This document shows positions 49,301-62,000 of a stretch of DNA of 64,000 bases, one piece after another. The stretch's first letter is position 1, and each line of letters opens with the position of its first letter. The notes under the pieces are model-generated. The model ran no database searches and was not told the origin of the DNA. It saw only the letters and a list, made by a program, of their open reading frames with translations. The DNA is from Chlorokybus atmophyticus (taxonomy: Eukaryota; Plantae; Mesostigma and Chlorokybus algae). The position numbers and the translations under genes were made by a program. The stretch is taken from NCBI GenBank assembly GCA_009103225.1, contig RHPI01001715.1, positions 1,082,011 to 1,146,010 of the forward strand, written 5' to 3'.

Positions 49301-50830
49301 CAATGTGGCAGAACCGTTAAGTTGCTGTCCGTCATTGTTGGCAGTTATGCGTGCGCAATTGCTTGCGACGCAAGGTACATTTCCCCTTTATGATGAGTTT
49401 GAGCAAGCTGTTTTACATGGATCTGCCTCAGAACCATGGTTCTCAATGGAGGAGAATGTACAAAAGCTTAACACAAAAGACAACTTGTAATATATGGGCG
49501 CTAGTATGGTGATACCTAACCATGTTGGGCTGTGCATGAAATGCATAGCTGATGTACACGATCCACCGTATTCTGGGCACTTTGAGAATGACAAGACTAC
49601 TAAAGCAGCGCAGCAGCTGTACTGGTGGTCATCGTTGCCTGTTGACGTAAAGCAATATGTTGACACGTGTGACAGATGTCAGCATGACAAATCGTTATGT
49701 CAAAAAACCGCTGGGTTGTTGCGACCTTTGCCTATTCTTGACGGCAAATGGGAAAGTGTGAGTATGGACCTTATTATTGAGCTCCCAGACACAGCATTAG
49801 GTCACACTGCGGTTGCAGTTTTTGTGGACTGTTTAACCAAAATGGTTCACATTGTCCCTTGTCGCACGGAGATAGGCTCCCATGAGTTGGCGATGGTTTT
49901 TGTCGCGTCTGTGTTTAAGTTGCATGGCTTGCCTTGCAACTTTGTATATGATCGCGTTTCGTGCTTTGGAGCTCAGTTTTAGAACTTGCTATGCAGCTTC
50001 TTGTACATTCAACAAATTATGAGCACAGCTTATCATCCGCAGGCGGATGGTCAGATCGAGCATGTCAATCAAATGATTGAGGAAACCATCCGGCATTATG
50101 TGCATTCGAATTGGGATATCTATCGCACAATGGCTGATGAGTTCGCGATTAACAATGCCTGGCAAGAGAGTGTACAGAAAAATCCGCTTTTCTCATTGAA
50201 TTACAAAGTGCATCCATTAAGTTCTGCGAACATTAAGTTCCTCGCTACTGACATAACTCGCGTGTCTGCAACGCGCGAGGTATGTCAGTAGTATTGATTC
50301 GGCCATGCATGATAGGTTAGCATTGGCAAAAGACTGTCCGCGCGCAGCGCAAGACAGATAAAAAGCCCATGCTGATGCACATCGTAGAGAGGCCTACTAT
50401 GATGTGGGCTGTTCGGTGCTTCAAAGCACAAAAAACATATCCATCAAGGGAGTGGGTACCCGCAAGTTCTTCCCTTGCTGGATAGGCCCTTTCAACGTGA
50501 TTGATCGGGTCGGCACTCACGCGTATCGTTTAAACTTGTAAAAGTCGATACGCATTCACAATGTGTTTCATATGAGTATAATAAAACCGTACCGTTCTGA
50601 CGGTCGGGTTTAACCTCCTCCACCCCTTGTTGCAGTGGATGGCAACGATATTTTTGAGTATTAGGTGGAAGTAATCCTGAGTTACCGTAAGCCTTAAAGT
50701 GGACGCGCGCCGTCTTACTTTGTGAAATGGAACGCCTATGGTGTTAAGCACAATGCATGTTAGCCCGAAAGGAATCTTACCAACTGCCAGGAGATTTTTT
50801 AGGGGTACTGGAGTATTGTGTCCACACGCG
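46356..50830 (+). pseudogene. gag-pro-RT-RH-IN-chromodomain remnant
   Basis: CFMCRQPGHIAKNC; FIDTNATHDF; ICVDYCALNK, LDLTSGYHQI; AEVNYTTIEQELL; WESVSMDL; HPQADGQIE; chromodomain VEVILSYR...YFVKWNAYG. Many stops and frameshifts. Confidence 0.9.
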
Positions 50831-50960
50831 AATGGTAAAAAGGTGATGGCAAACATCTTCACCGCTTCGGCCCTGATTCTCTCACTATTTTTGTTTCTTT
50901 ACTCACGGTGGGGCTTTGCAAACCTTGTAATGAGGACATTGAAACCTAAGTGGGGGGGAA

Positions 50961-51357
50961 TGTAACGGAGTGCTACCTCCATAGAGGTTCCTCGCCCTTA
51001 TTTAGGATTATATAAGGGTCCCAACAAGATTATACAGCCAATTAAGCCATATTAAGGCCATTAACCTAGTGTTAATGGTCTGTAATGTAATAAAATGGCC
51101 TGTAATGTAGTGTTACGATAAGTAACACTGACATCGACATGAGACTCGAGTCTCATGTCGATGTCAGTGTTACTTATCGTAACACTACATTGTCAACATT
51201 GGCCGCATGGTGGCGTTGCTAACACAGCGACCGCCATAGCCAGAGTATCCTTTGCTCTGGCAGCTGCCACGGCAGCTGCGGCGGTGGTAGCGTCGGCGTA
51301 GCTGGTGGTGGTGTTGGGGTAGGGGATTAGCGGGAGGAGGGGCACTCCCCCCTTACA
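50961..51357 (+). repeat. 3-prime LTR (397 bp) containing an 88-bp perfect palindrome
   Basis: Repeat of 44549-44874. Palindrome at 51104-51191. Confidence 0.9.
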
Positions 51358-51660
51358 ACTACTTCTCACCCTACCTCTACTGCCCCCCATTCACCGCGGG
51401 AATATGTGTCAAACCATGTGTGGTGCGGACGTCCGCACCAGGGGGCAATAGCGGGCGATGGAAGCCCGCGAACCAGGGTTAAACCCGGCGTATAACCGCG
51501 AAAACCAACCATGGTTTGCGGTTCCTTGATTGTCACCGCTGGTTGGGCACTTCCACGCCATCATTGGCAACCAATCGTACACACCATGTCTGGCGCAAGC
51601 CTCCCGACCATGAATGTAGCGATTTTAGCAAACATGGCAGCCAGCTCTGGCGTGGTGGCG

Positions 51661-51925
51661 CGCACCATGGTTGGTGCGTGCCACACACGCCATGATCAAT
51701 GCTGCCTTCCCCAAGCTTGCGGCCAAGAATGGTGCGCAACAGTCGCACCATGCTTGGCGCGTGCCACACACGCCATGATCAATGCTGCCTGCCTTGACAA
51801 GGTAACCAATCATGGCGCGCAACAGTCGCACCATGCTTGGTGCGTGCCACACACGCCATGATTAATGCTGCCTGCCTTGACAAGGTAACCAATCATGGCG
51901 CGCAACAGTTGCACCATGCTTGGTA
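51661..51925. repeat. 83-bp tandem repeat, a little over 3 copies
   Basis: Units start at 51661, 51744, 51827 and 51910 (CGCACCATG...). Confidence 0.93.
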
Positions 51926-52099
51926 TGCTTAGTCCGCACCATGCTTGGTGGGCTTTGCTAGTGCTACATGTGGCACATATCATGGTGCATGCATACATGC
52001 AGTCCAGCCAGACGTGATACAAGAAGACTTTATAGGCATGCACGAAAGTTCAACAAGCTGGCTACAGCAACTGCTACTACTATCTACACCACTCCTCCC

Positions 52100-54260
52100 C
52101 GCGTTGTTCACAGCAAAAGGTGGCAATGACGACCAGCGCTGCGCACACCTGCACACCTGTACCCGAAGCACAGTCACCGCCTTGAACAAGCGCGCATGCT
52201 ATGCACACATGATGCTTGCTTCTCGTGACTCTCAACTTCAAGTGGGTCTCAACCAACTATGCTTTGGTCTCCACCTCTGCTCCTCTGGCTTCCTCTCTTC
52301 ATTGCGGCCAAGGCCTGTCAATTGCATGGGCATGTCAGTCACCTTGAGGAGCTGCCTTGGCAAAGCCTGTGCAAAGTCCGCTGTACCTGGGAGCATGTGT
52401 GCAGACTCCCATCGCAACTCGCTTGCTAAGTCAGGGTCTGCCCTCAGCCACCTCTTGGCAACAGCCAATTGGTACAGAGCATTCATGATCTGTAGGTCGG
52501 AGATGACGTCCACCCTCGGGGCTGTTATAGGGCAGATCCTCCAGCATAGAGCTGTATGTATGCCGCCAGTATTTGTAAACGTTCATCATCTGCACGCTGC
52601 TAGGAACGTCCACAGTACCGCAACACATCGCAACCCATTAGGGCAGCTGCTCTTGTTCAGGGTACTGTTCCTGCTTGGACAAGCAATTGCATGTTATTGA
52701 CTTAGGTGTGAGCCAGCATGAACAATAGAACATGCCAACAGAGTACCTCTTCACGTTGGCTCTGCACAGGACGCACCAAGTCGGCAACGCATTCATCTAG
52801 CCGCACCATGTCGTCTTGGCAATTTGTGCAAGGGCAATCAGCAGAAGTGGCCACGAATGTGAACAGCCATTCGCAGCAACGGCCCTGCATGACAAACGAG
52901 CGTTAAACCCAGCAGTAGCAATCACAAGGTAACATCAGTAACACTATGTGCTCAGGTGGAGTCGCGCCACAGCAAAAGGTGGCCACTGAAAATCGCGCAT
53001 GCGCAAAAGGTGGACAGGTTAAGTCGCGCAGCAGCAAAAGGTGCTCAAGGGGTGTCGTGCAGCAGCAACAGGTGGACAGTGGGGTTGACAGAGCAGCAAT
53101 AGGTGGATGCCAACCTGCGTACAGCAGTAAAAAGTGGGCTTGAGCAGTGCCTACCAGCATGCGTTATGCCGACACTTCATTCGTTTGCCAACCATGGGAG
53201 AAGTCCGTGCGTCTGGCCGGTAGCCACAGCTTATTTGTGCCAGTAGGGGCCACCTTGAACCAAGCTGTCATCTTGACGCGGTAGGAGCGGCATGGTGTCT
53301 CGCCTGGGAAACCACCTCCACAATGGCAGTGCCCACTGGCATGCAAGTGCTGATGTCGTACACCAGCTCTTCGTCATAATCGTCCAACTCTCTGCAAGCA
53401 ACTCAAGTCAAACACAAGAAGCACCCTCCACTCCACGAAAAGACTTGCACGTGCATTGACCTTTGACCTAGCCAGGTTGGACAAAGTTCCTCGTCGGTGA
53501 GGGGCTGATTGGACATTGGCGCCAACAGCACTACAGGGGTATTGGCTGGGCAGTCGTGGATGGTGAAGTGTGCGCTCCAGATTTCATTGCCATTTCTGCC
53601 AGAGCTGGAGGAACACACTGCTTCTGCACTTCTTTTTGGCTTCCTCTCTGGTTTGGCCCCCGTCAATACCTCACTTTTTGCCCGCGTCTGAGTACTACTT
53701 CTCCAAGAAGTACTTCCAAATGTGGTCTGCAGAGCCAATTGGCAACTCAGCAAGTTTATTAACACAGAACTTCTACTGCTACTAGTCACTCAGTTTCCAA
53801 CCAGCAGCAAAATGTCAGCTGAAAGCAGCATGTTGAAAACGGTGGCAGCAACTCAACCAGCTTGCCAAACACCAAAGGTTGTCACTGAAGTAACAGAGAG
53901 CAAGCAACTTGTCAACCAGCTGAAATTATAACATAGAACAGCAGCCACCACAAGCAGCAATCTACGTTCCGTCCACTTCAGAGACTGGCCTGACTCAAAG
54001 CACAGCACCTTAAACTGCTGGTGTGCACAGAGCGGATCATCTCCTTGGCTTGCTGTCTGTGCTCCGTGTTGGGGTCCTTGAACTTCAAACCGCTCATGCC
54101 ATTTGGAAAGGTCTCCGGCATGCGCTGCTTCAGCAGCTTCAGGTTGCTCTTGTGCACAGGATGCAGCAGCTTGAAGTGTTTGCTCAAGAACTGCGACCCA
54201 GTTTTCTTGGCCACCTTGATGCCTTTGGCCTTGAAGCAATCATCAATGTTGGGGAGAGCC
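52100..54260 (-). pseudogene. Probable decayed KDZ (Kyakuja-Dileera-Zisupton)-type transposase
   Basis: Removing a 7-nt insertion near 53345 restores ELVYDISCQWALPLWRWFP (KDZ YDIxCQ motif). It is followed by THAGRHC, an apparent intron and GRCCEWLF. Upstream WQAG*VAAT resembles the CxC-domain GWFPAT motif. Confidence 0.45.
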
Positions 54261-54899
54261 ATTGTCAGCTGGCAACTTACATGCGACACGACACAGTGGC
54301 TACCAACCAGGAAATGACCAAGCAAATCACGCAACCAAGCTCACGCAAGCACACGCAAGCACACGCTCTAGCTAAACATAGCTCAAGCGCAAAGACAGCA
54401 AGCTGAAGCTAAAGCAATCCGCAAGCCACAGGCAAAGCCACATGCAAGCTCAACCTCCGCAAGCTCTGCAAACGCAAGCTTAAGCAGCAGCATGACGGAC
54501 GCAAATAGCGTACGTACCGTAACCCGCGCCAGACCAATACACCACTCCCGGCATGAATCCTTCGTAGACCGCTGACGCGTCCTATCTTAGGGTTAGCCCA
54601 GACCAAATTGATGCCGATCAAACGACGTCCATCTGATGGCGTGGCTTCACAGACTCTCAGCGTAACGCCGCACTCACTCACACAGCGTAACTGCGTAATG
54701 TCATACACACTGCGTTTGCAGTGCATTGGCGCGAGTGCTCAAGTAACTTAGAGTATGCAAGCATGACCGCATTACGCTTGACTGTCACCTATATATCGCC
54801 ATTGTTGGCTTGTGTCGTATTGCCATCTTTTGCTGTGTAGAGTTCACCTCTTGCAATACTTTGAGTGGTTGCGTTGAGCTCAGAGTGTAGCTTCCAGTT

Positions 54900-57800
54900 T
54901 GGGAAGCATGGGGTTTGCATGGGCTGTCCTTCTTGTCGTGCCAATGTGCCTGCTGGCAAAGGAACCTGCAATGACACCAGAGCCTCCAAGTTCTCCCAGC
55001 ATTTTTAGACGGTGTTTTGCAAGTATTACTGTATGTCCCAGGGGATTGAAGGGAGAGAGACGAAGACACAATTTGACAAGCTGGGCGAAGTGTGGTCTGC
55101 AAAAGTGAGGGTAAGCAGCGTTTTGCGCATCATCATGTATGCATGAATGAATTGCTGTGCATGAGGTCATGGTCGTCACTTACATGCTTTGCTTCCGCAG
55201 AACAACGAATGTCCTCCACTTGATAATCCAAGCGTGAGAAGCTTAAAGGCGTACCGTCTTCGGAAGGACCCGGCAACGGTAACATGCTGTTGCACACCTG
55301 CTGCCGTTCGCTTTTACTTCAATTGCACAAGTTGCATGCATTGCTGATGCAGTCGCCATGTTACAGGATAAGAAGCTGGTCGAGGCGGCTAAGCAGGCCA
55401 GGAAGGAGTACTAGGCTAGGAAGGATGACCATTGCCATTTGTATCGGCGACGCCGAAGAAGCGGATGGAGGTTCCCGGCAAAGGGAAAGCGCTTGCAGTT
55501 GGTGGGGAAGACTCTTCACCGCCCAGCTCTCCACGGTCCAAGCGTCTTCGTGAAGAGTCTGCAGGCCAGATTGCTACTAAGGTCAGTTTGTTGAGATTTC
55601 ATCAACTTGCTGAGGCAACCACCGAATATGAACAACTCTCAACTATGTTTTTCACATGACTCCCAAGCCTACAAATGTCAAGTTGCGAGTCATACCTGAG
55701 GCGCCCTCCCCCTCGCCCACGCAACCAGCTCCCGACCCGTCCACGCGCCGATCCACAAGAGTTTCCTCGAAACAAGAGTCATCACACCTGACTACTGCAC
55801 TGCAAATGGTGGAGAAACTGAAGTACAAAAAGGCAAAAGATATTAAACGGTCCACCAATCCAGAGGTAACAACCACCTTTTGCTGCATTATCGCTTGTGC
55901 TGCCACCTATTGCGCATGCGATTTCCACTGCTCACCTTATGCTGTTGCGCGACTTTCACTGCACATCTATTGCTGCCTTGTCACTTGTTTATGTATGTGT
56001 ACACCCTTTTTACTGCAACAATATATATAATACTCTTACCTACTTGTGTAAATGCGCAGAGTGAGTGAGTGAGACCGAAGCACTTGTGGATGACAGGTAT
56101 GTGCATCCAGGATCGAACGAATCATGGTGTTCATTGCCGCACGCATCGCAGCAAAATAAAAACTTTACTTACCATGGCCATAAATACTGCATCGCCACCT
56201 CAACGATCCCGCACGCTGGGTTTGGTCTTGTCGCATTGATACCCACGGAGCAGGTCAGCGCCTTATGCCCTACGACGGCAAATGGTACAGCGCCCAAGAT
56301 GTCCGCCAAAGATTAACTTCCGATCACCCTCATCACCGGCGCTATCATGAGCTGCGCATACCCGGCCTCCCGCAATCGGCCAACGTCACCATTGACGGCC
56401 ATTCGCGCTACGGCAACGTTGTAGGTTACATCAACTTCAGCAAGGGAACAATGTTCAGCACCAACTGCAGGCTGCAGGCCACGGTAGACGATGCTGGGGA
56501 GGACGCTGTGGAGGTGGTGTCAATCTCCATGCTAAAAAAAGGGGATGAGATGTTCTTGGATTACGATCCGCTCGTCATCCCCACTGAAGCACAGCAAAAG
56601 GTATAATGTATTGATCAGGATCACTTGCTCCTCTGCAACTGCAATTGTAATTAATTTGCATATTACGCTGCAGCATGGTGAAGCACATGCAGCTGCAAAG
56701 CTCCCCCTTTGAAAACTCGCCCATGAATTGCATGCACATGCACATGCACCAGCACCAGCACCTGCACATGAGTCACCTCTGGACATCTTGGCGAAAGCTG
56801 CCGAGACACCAACGCCTGCAGCACAGTCACCTTCCAAGGAGGTCAACAAGGAAGAGTACGAGTCTGCTTTGCAATTTGCCGGCTCCTTGGGTCCACCTAG
56901 TTTTCCTTCTCCTGCCGCTTTCGACCCGAATGTGGGCTCAACACCTATAGCTTTCATCTGCCCTATGCGCATCCAAGAATTAGTGCTGGCTGTTTTGACA
57001 CCTTGTTGGGCCATGCCACAGTTGGCTGGCTCCCCTTCTCCGCAGTCAAATCCAACTAATGTTGCGGGCATTCCGCAACCTTGCGCATAGGAGATTGAAT
57101 CTGCCTGTACTGCCTTCGCCCCATTCGACCCCATTTATTGGCACTCCACCTACTTCCACCCATTCCGATCCCCAACGAATCCAATCCCTGAGCCCACCTG
57201 GTCCCACTCTGTCAATTCATTGGCCACCTCCTAAGACTTTCCCACCTCCTAAATCTGCACGCAAGGACACTACCCACAATGCCATCACACCTCTTGCTCC
57301 TGCTGCCCCACCTCTATCTCCTGCTGCGCATGACCCCGCTGCCCCACATATTGCTCCTGTTGCCCCACCTCTTGCTCCTGCTGCCCCACCTCTTGCTCCT
57401 GCTGCACATGACCCCGCTGCCCCACCTATTGCTCATGCTGCCCCACCTCTTGCTCCTGCTGCCACACCTATTGCTCCTATCAACCAACCCACGATCAATC
57501 CCTTCACAGCCATCGCGCATGACCCCGCTACCCTACCTACTGCTATTGAAAATGCACCCGAGGTCGCTCTAGCCCCTGCCACCGCACAAGACAAACCTAC
57601 CTCACCTTTTGCTGAAGAGGCGGTTGCCCTGGAGGCTGTTGCGATCAGCGAGGAATCTCTAGTCACGTATCTATAAACCACCTTAGCTGCTCGCGACGAA
57701 ACTTTTGAAACGGTACAGTAGTGGCGCAGAGACCAGGGAGGCGCAGCGCAAAGCAAAGGCTGAGTTTGATGACTTGAAGAAACAGCGTCTCAACCACCTT

Positions 57801-58570
57801 CTGAAAATGCAGCAAAATGTGGAGCACTTTGGGAAGCAGCAGGAGAAGCTCGCCGCTCAGGTCGCCAAGCTTGAGAAGGAGAAGAAGTCAATACAGCACG
57901 ACAACCAACAGGGCAAGCGAGCGCTACCCAATAGGCGTGCAGCAACCATACCCCCAAGCAACCTTAAGCTTAAAGTGCAAGGCCTGCAGCAACAGGTTCA
58001 GGAGATTGAAACAAATCTAAAAGCGTCGCATTTAGAACAGCATACCCTTGCAGATCGGTTGCAGCGGGAGGAAGAAAGCTGGACCAAACAAATCCATGAC
58101 CTCAGGGACCAACTGATCAAGGCACAGCAACGCCTTACTCAGCGGCAACAAGCACCAAGCACCAGTACGAGACCGCCAGCAGAACTGGCAGCTGCTCAGG
58201 AGGAAGTGGAGAAGTTGAAGAAGCAGGATGCGCAGCTAGAGCGACATTTGCATCTAACTGTCGACATTCCGCAAATGCTCATAGCACAGGAGCAGCTTTC
58301 ATCTTCCAGCTTGTGGTGTCGACCACAAGAGTCGACCACAATTGCAGCAAATTGGCCGTGGTAAAGCACTCCCACTGCTGTTTTGTAACTGAGACACATG
58401 CTCCCACCGGACTTCCTCAACTTATGTCTGGCTACCAAGAACGAGTACTTGAAGAGCCATAAATACGCCAAGATCACCAACTAACCTGCAGGTGTACGGG
58501 AGATGCTGATCTTCTATCGCAATGTAGAGGCGCATTACCAAACTGAGCTTGCGAGGTTCAGCAATTCTTG
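54900..58570 (+). pseudogene. Decayed multi-exon gene: SET domain, Pro/Ala repeats and a coiled-coil
   Basis: IATSTIPHAGFGLVA...PYDG...GNVVGYINFS...GDEMFLDY at 56190-56570 is a SET signature. PLAPAAHDPAAP repeats at 57290-57480. Coiled-coil at 57730-58260. Several in-frame stops and frameshifts. Confidence 0.7.
57285..57480 (+). repeat. Coding minisatellite (CTTGCTCCTGCTGCCCCACCT units)
   Basis: Imperfect 21-nt units giving LAPAAPP peptide repeats. Confidence 0.85.
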
Positions 58571-58833
58571 GGGGTTTAATGTACATTTGGCCTTAACTGT
58601 TACACTCCTCCCCCCCTAGGTGAGCTTCGTCCTCGAAGCTCGCGAGGTTGTCGTCGAGCAAGATAGTCACGCACAACGTCTCGAGCATTAGCCACATGTG
58701 CCTCTGGCTCCCAGGATGCTTCATGCAATGGATAGCCCTTCCATTTCACGAAACACTTGCGCACGCCATGCACAAACTTTTCACCAAGGATGTCTTCTAC
58801 CTCTTACTCTGGTTCACCATCCGTGCCAACTTC

Positions 58834-59031
58834 GGGGGGGGGGGGGGGGGGGGNNNNNNNNNNNNNNNNNNNNNNNNNNNNNNNNNNNNNNNNNNNNNNN
58901 NNNNNNNNNNNNNNNNNNNNNNNNNNNNNNNNNNNNNNNNNNNNNNNNNNNNNNNNNNNNNNNNNNNNNNNNNNNNNNNNNNNNNNNNNNNNNNNNNNNN
59001 NNNNNNNNNNNNNNNNNNNNNNNNNNNNNNN
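58834..59031. other. Poly-G-flanked assembly gap inside the integrase-chromodomain linker
   Basis: G run followed by an N block. Confidence 0.95.
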
Positions 59032-62000
59032 GGCTTTTCTGGCGGTTGTCGTCGACATGCCTTAAAAAGGGAGACGTGAAAAACGGGGTGCACACGCATG
59101 GTGTCGGGTAGCTCCAGCTTGTGAGCCACGTCCGAAATAACTTTGTCGACCGTAAATGGTCCCAACCAGCGTTCATTTAGCTTGCAAACTCCCGTACGCA
59201 CGTGTACATGCTTCGCGGAGAGTAACACAATGTCGCCTTCCTGAAATGTGAGGTGTCGGCAATGCGCGTCCGCGTACTGCTTCTGCCTGTTATGTGCCAC
59301 CAATAGCGCCTCCCTAGCTGCCTTATTAATGTCCGCGCACTTTGTGAGGAAGTAAGTAGCTGCCTCCACACGCACGTCATGTCGTCGCGGTGTCCATGCC
59401 GTCAACGGTGTCAATGGATGTTACCCGTAATTTATAAAGAAGGGAGTGACACCTATGCTTGCATTGTGGTGGTTGTTGATCGCAAACTCCACCAACTCAA
59501 GCAGCTCCGCCCAATTGTCTTGTTGCGCGCTAACATAGCAACGCAGCATGTCCTCGATCACACGGTTGGCCCGCTCCGTTTGCCCATCAGTTTGCGGGTG
59601 GAATGCCGTGCTAAACTTCAGTGTGGTACCCAGTGCACTATGCAGCGCCTCTCAGAACTTACTTGTAAAGCGCGGGTCACAATCACTCACAATGCGTTGT
59701 GGTAATCCATGAGAACGAAACACATGCTTCACGAACAAGCGTGCAGCCTCCGGTGCCGTGCAAGACTCGCCACACGGTGCCAAGCATACCATTGTGCTGA
59801 ATTTGTCGACGAAATATAGCGTTGTACCCTTCTTTTGTCTTTGGTAACCCCGAAATAAAGTCCATGGTAACTTGCTCCCACTTGGACAATGGCATAGGGA
59901 GAGGTTGCAGCAACCCACCTGGCTTTTGGTTGCTTGCCTTCATCCTTTGGCATGCGTCGCACAACGCCACGTAGTCGCGCACATCGCGATGCATCTCTCG
60001 CTAATAAAAACGCTAGTTCAAGCTTGCCAAAGTTCTCTCCAACCCTTGGTGACTAGCAATGGGCACGTCATGAGCTTCCTTCAGCAACTTCACACGGATA
60101 TGCGCGACGTTGGGGATGTACAAGCGCCCGTGGTGCCATATCAGCCCGTCGCGCATTGACCAATGCCCACTAGTGTCCGTAGCTGCATTTTCCAACTCTT
60201 GCAACACTTTCATACCCTCCGTGTCTTTACAAAGCACTTACCGAATCTGGTCGGTGCACTCGGGGTGCACTTGAGCGAGTGCCTCAATTGCATTAACCCG
60301 GCTCAGTGCGTCAGCAACACCATTTGGCGTAACGGGCTTGTACTTGATATCGAAGTCAAAAAGTTGAAGGACTCCAGCCATCGTGCTTGTCTGCGACTTA
60401 GATGAGGTTGTGTTTGTAAGTACCTCAGTAGAGAGTGATCTGTCTCAAGCACGAACTTTTTGGCTTCCAGAAAAAAACGCCATTGTCGTAGCGCCATTAC
60501 TTACGCCAGAAGTTCCTTCGCGTGCACGGGGTAATTCAGCTCCGCACCACTCATCTTCTTGCTGAAGAATGCTACTAGTTGCAGGCCGTTGCTATGGTCT
60601 AGCTGCAAAACAGCTCATACGGTTGTGTCGGACGCGTCGCAAGCCAAAATAAATGTCTTTTCCATGTCGGGTTGAGCCAGGACTGGTGCCTTCGTCAGCG
60701 CCTTCTTCAATGCCGCAAAGCATGTTCCTCTGTTGCTGACAAGCTTCAAGGCTTTCCCTTCTTGAGCAGGGCGGTCAAGGGAGCAGCTATACGCGAAAAC
60801 CCCATGATATACTTGCCATAATACCCCGCAAGGCCCAAAAAGGAGATAACCTCCTTTACGTTGGTCGGGGAAGCCCACTCGCGCACCACCTGCACTTTGT
60901 TGGGGTCCGGCTTGATGCCTTCAAGCGACACAATGTGGCCTAGGTACTCCACCTTTCGAAGCAAGAATTTGCACTTTTGTAGCTGGGTGTACAACTTGTG
61001 TTCGCACAAACGCTGCAACACGCGCCGTAGAAGTGCCACGTGCTCCTCCTTTGTCTTCGCGTACACCACAATGTCGTCGAGGTACACGAGGACTCCCTTA
61101 CCAATTAAGTCAGCGACAACGCTTTATTAGCGTTTAAAATGTTGCTGGCGCGTTCGTAAGTTCGAAGGACATGACCAACCACTCGTAGTGCCCATCACGT
61201 GTTTTAAAAGCTGTTTTCTCCACATCCTCGGGCGCGATGCGGATTTGGTGATAACCTCCAGCAAGATCAAGTGTTGTGAAGTACTGCGCACCTTGCAATT
61301 GCTCCAGCAACTCGTTGATACGTGGGAGTGGAAAGCAATTTCTCTTCGTGATGTTGTGAAGAGCTCGATAGTCGACGAACATGCGCAAGCTCTCGTTCTT
61401 CTTTCGTACAAACAAAATAGGTGCACCATAAGGGGACTTACTAGGCCTGATGTAGCCTCTTTTCAGCAAGTCCGCCACCTGCCTCTCGGCCTCTTCCAGC
61501 TCCAAGCGTGACAACTCATATACGGGTCGATATGGTGGCTTGTGCCCGCCCTCAATCAGCTCCACACGGTGGTCTATGCTCCGTAGAGGTGGTAGACTAG
61601 ATGGAAGTCCGTCCACCATGATATTTTGGTATTCTTTAACAAGTTTACACACCTCGGGGTCCATTGTAGCCGTCTTAACATCGTCACTCAGCTCCGGTGC
61701 TGACTTTGCAGTGTTTTCGCACACAACGCACAACCATGCAGCCTTTGCCTTCCGTGGAGACAATAACTTCCTTGATTGCGCATAAGAGATCTGGGCAATT
61801 GTCGTACCACCTGATTGTGCGTGCCGCGCCTCGATGACGTCCAACGCAGCTATGGCAAAATCTCTCTTGCTTTCCATAAAGCGATCTTCCTCTTCAACAG
61901 AGCATGCGCGCATACCTTGAATGGACTCTCCACCGTTTCGTTCGATGGTGAGCACGCGCTTCCTCTAATTGATGGATGGATTATGTTGCTATAGCCACGG

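Larger units (their letters stand above)
44549..51357 (+). mobile_element. Old chromoviral Ty3/Gypsy LTR retrotransposon, full length but heavily decayed
   Basis: TG...CA LTRs at 44549-44874 and 50961-51357. ACTAC TSD at 44544-44548 and 51358-51362. PBS TGGTATTGGAGC at 44876. PPT AGTGGGGGGGAA at 50949-50960. Confidence 0.92.

Noticed and set aside
51661-51925. 83-bp repeats as a CRISPR-like array
   Set aside because: There are no unique spacers, the context is eukaryotic, and there are no cas genes.
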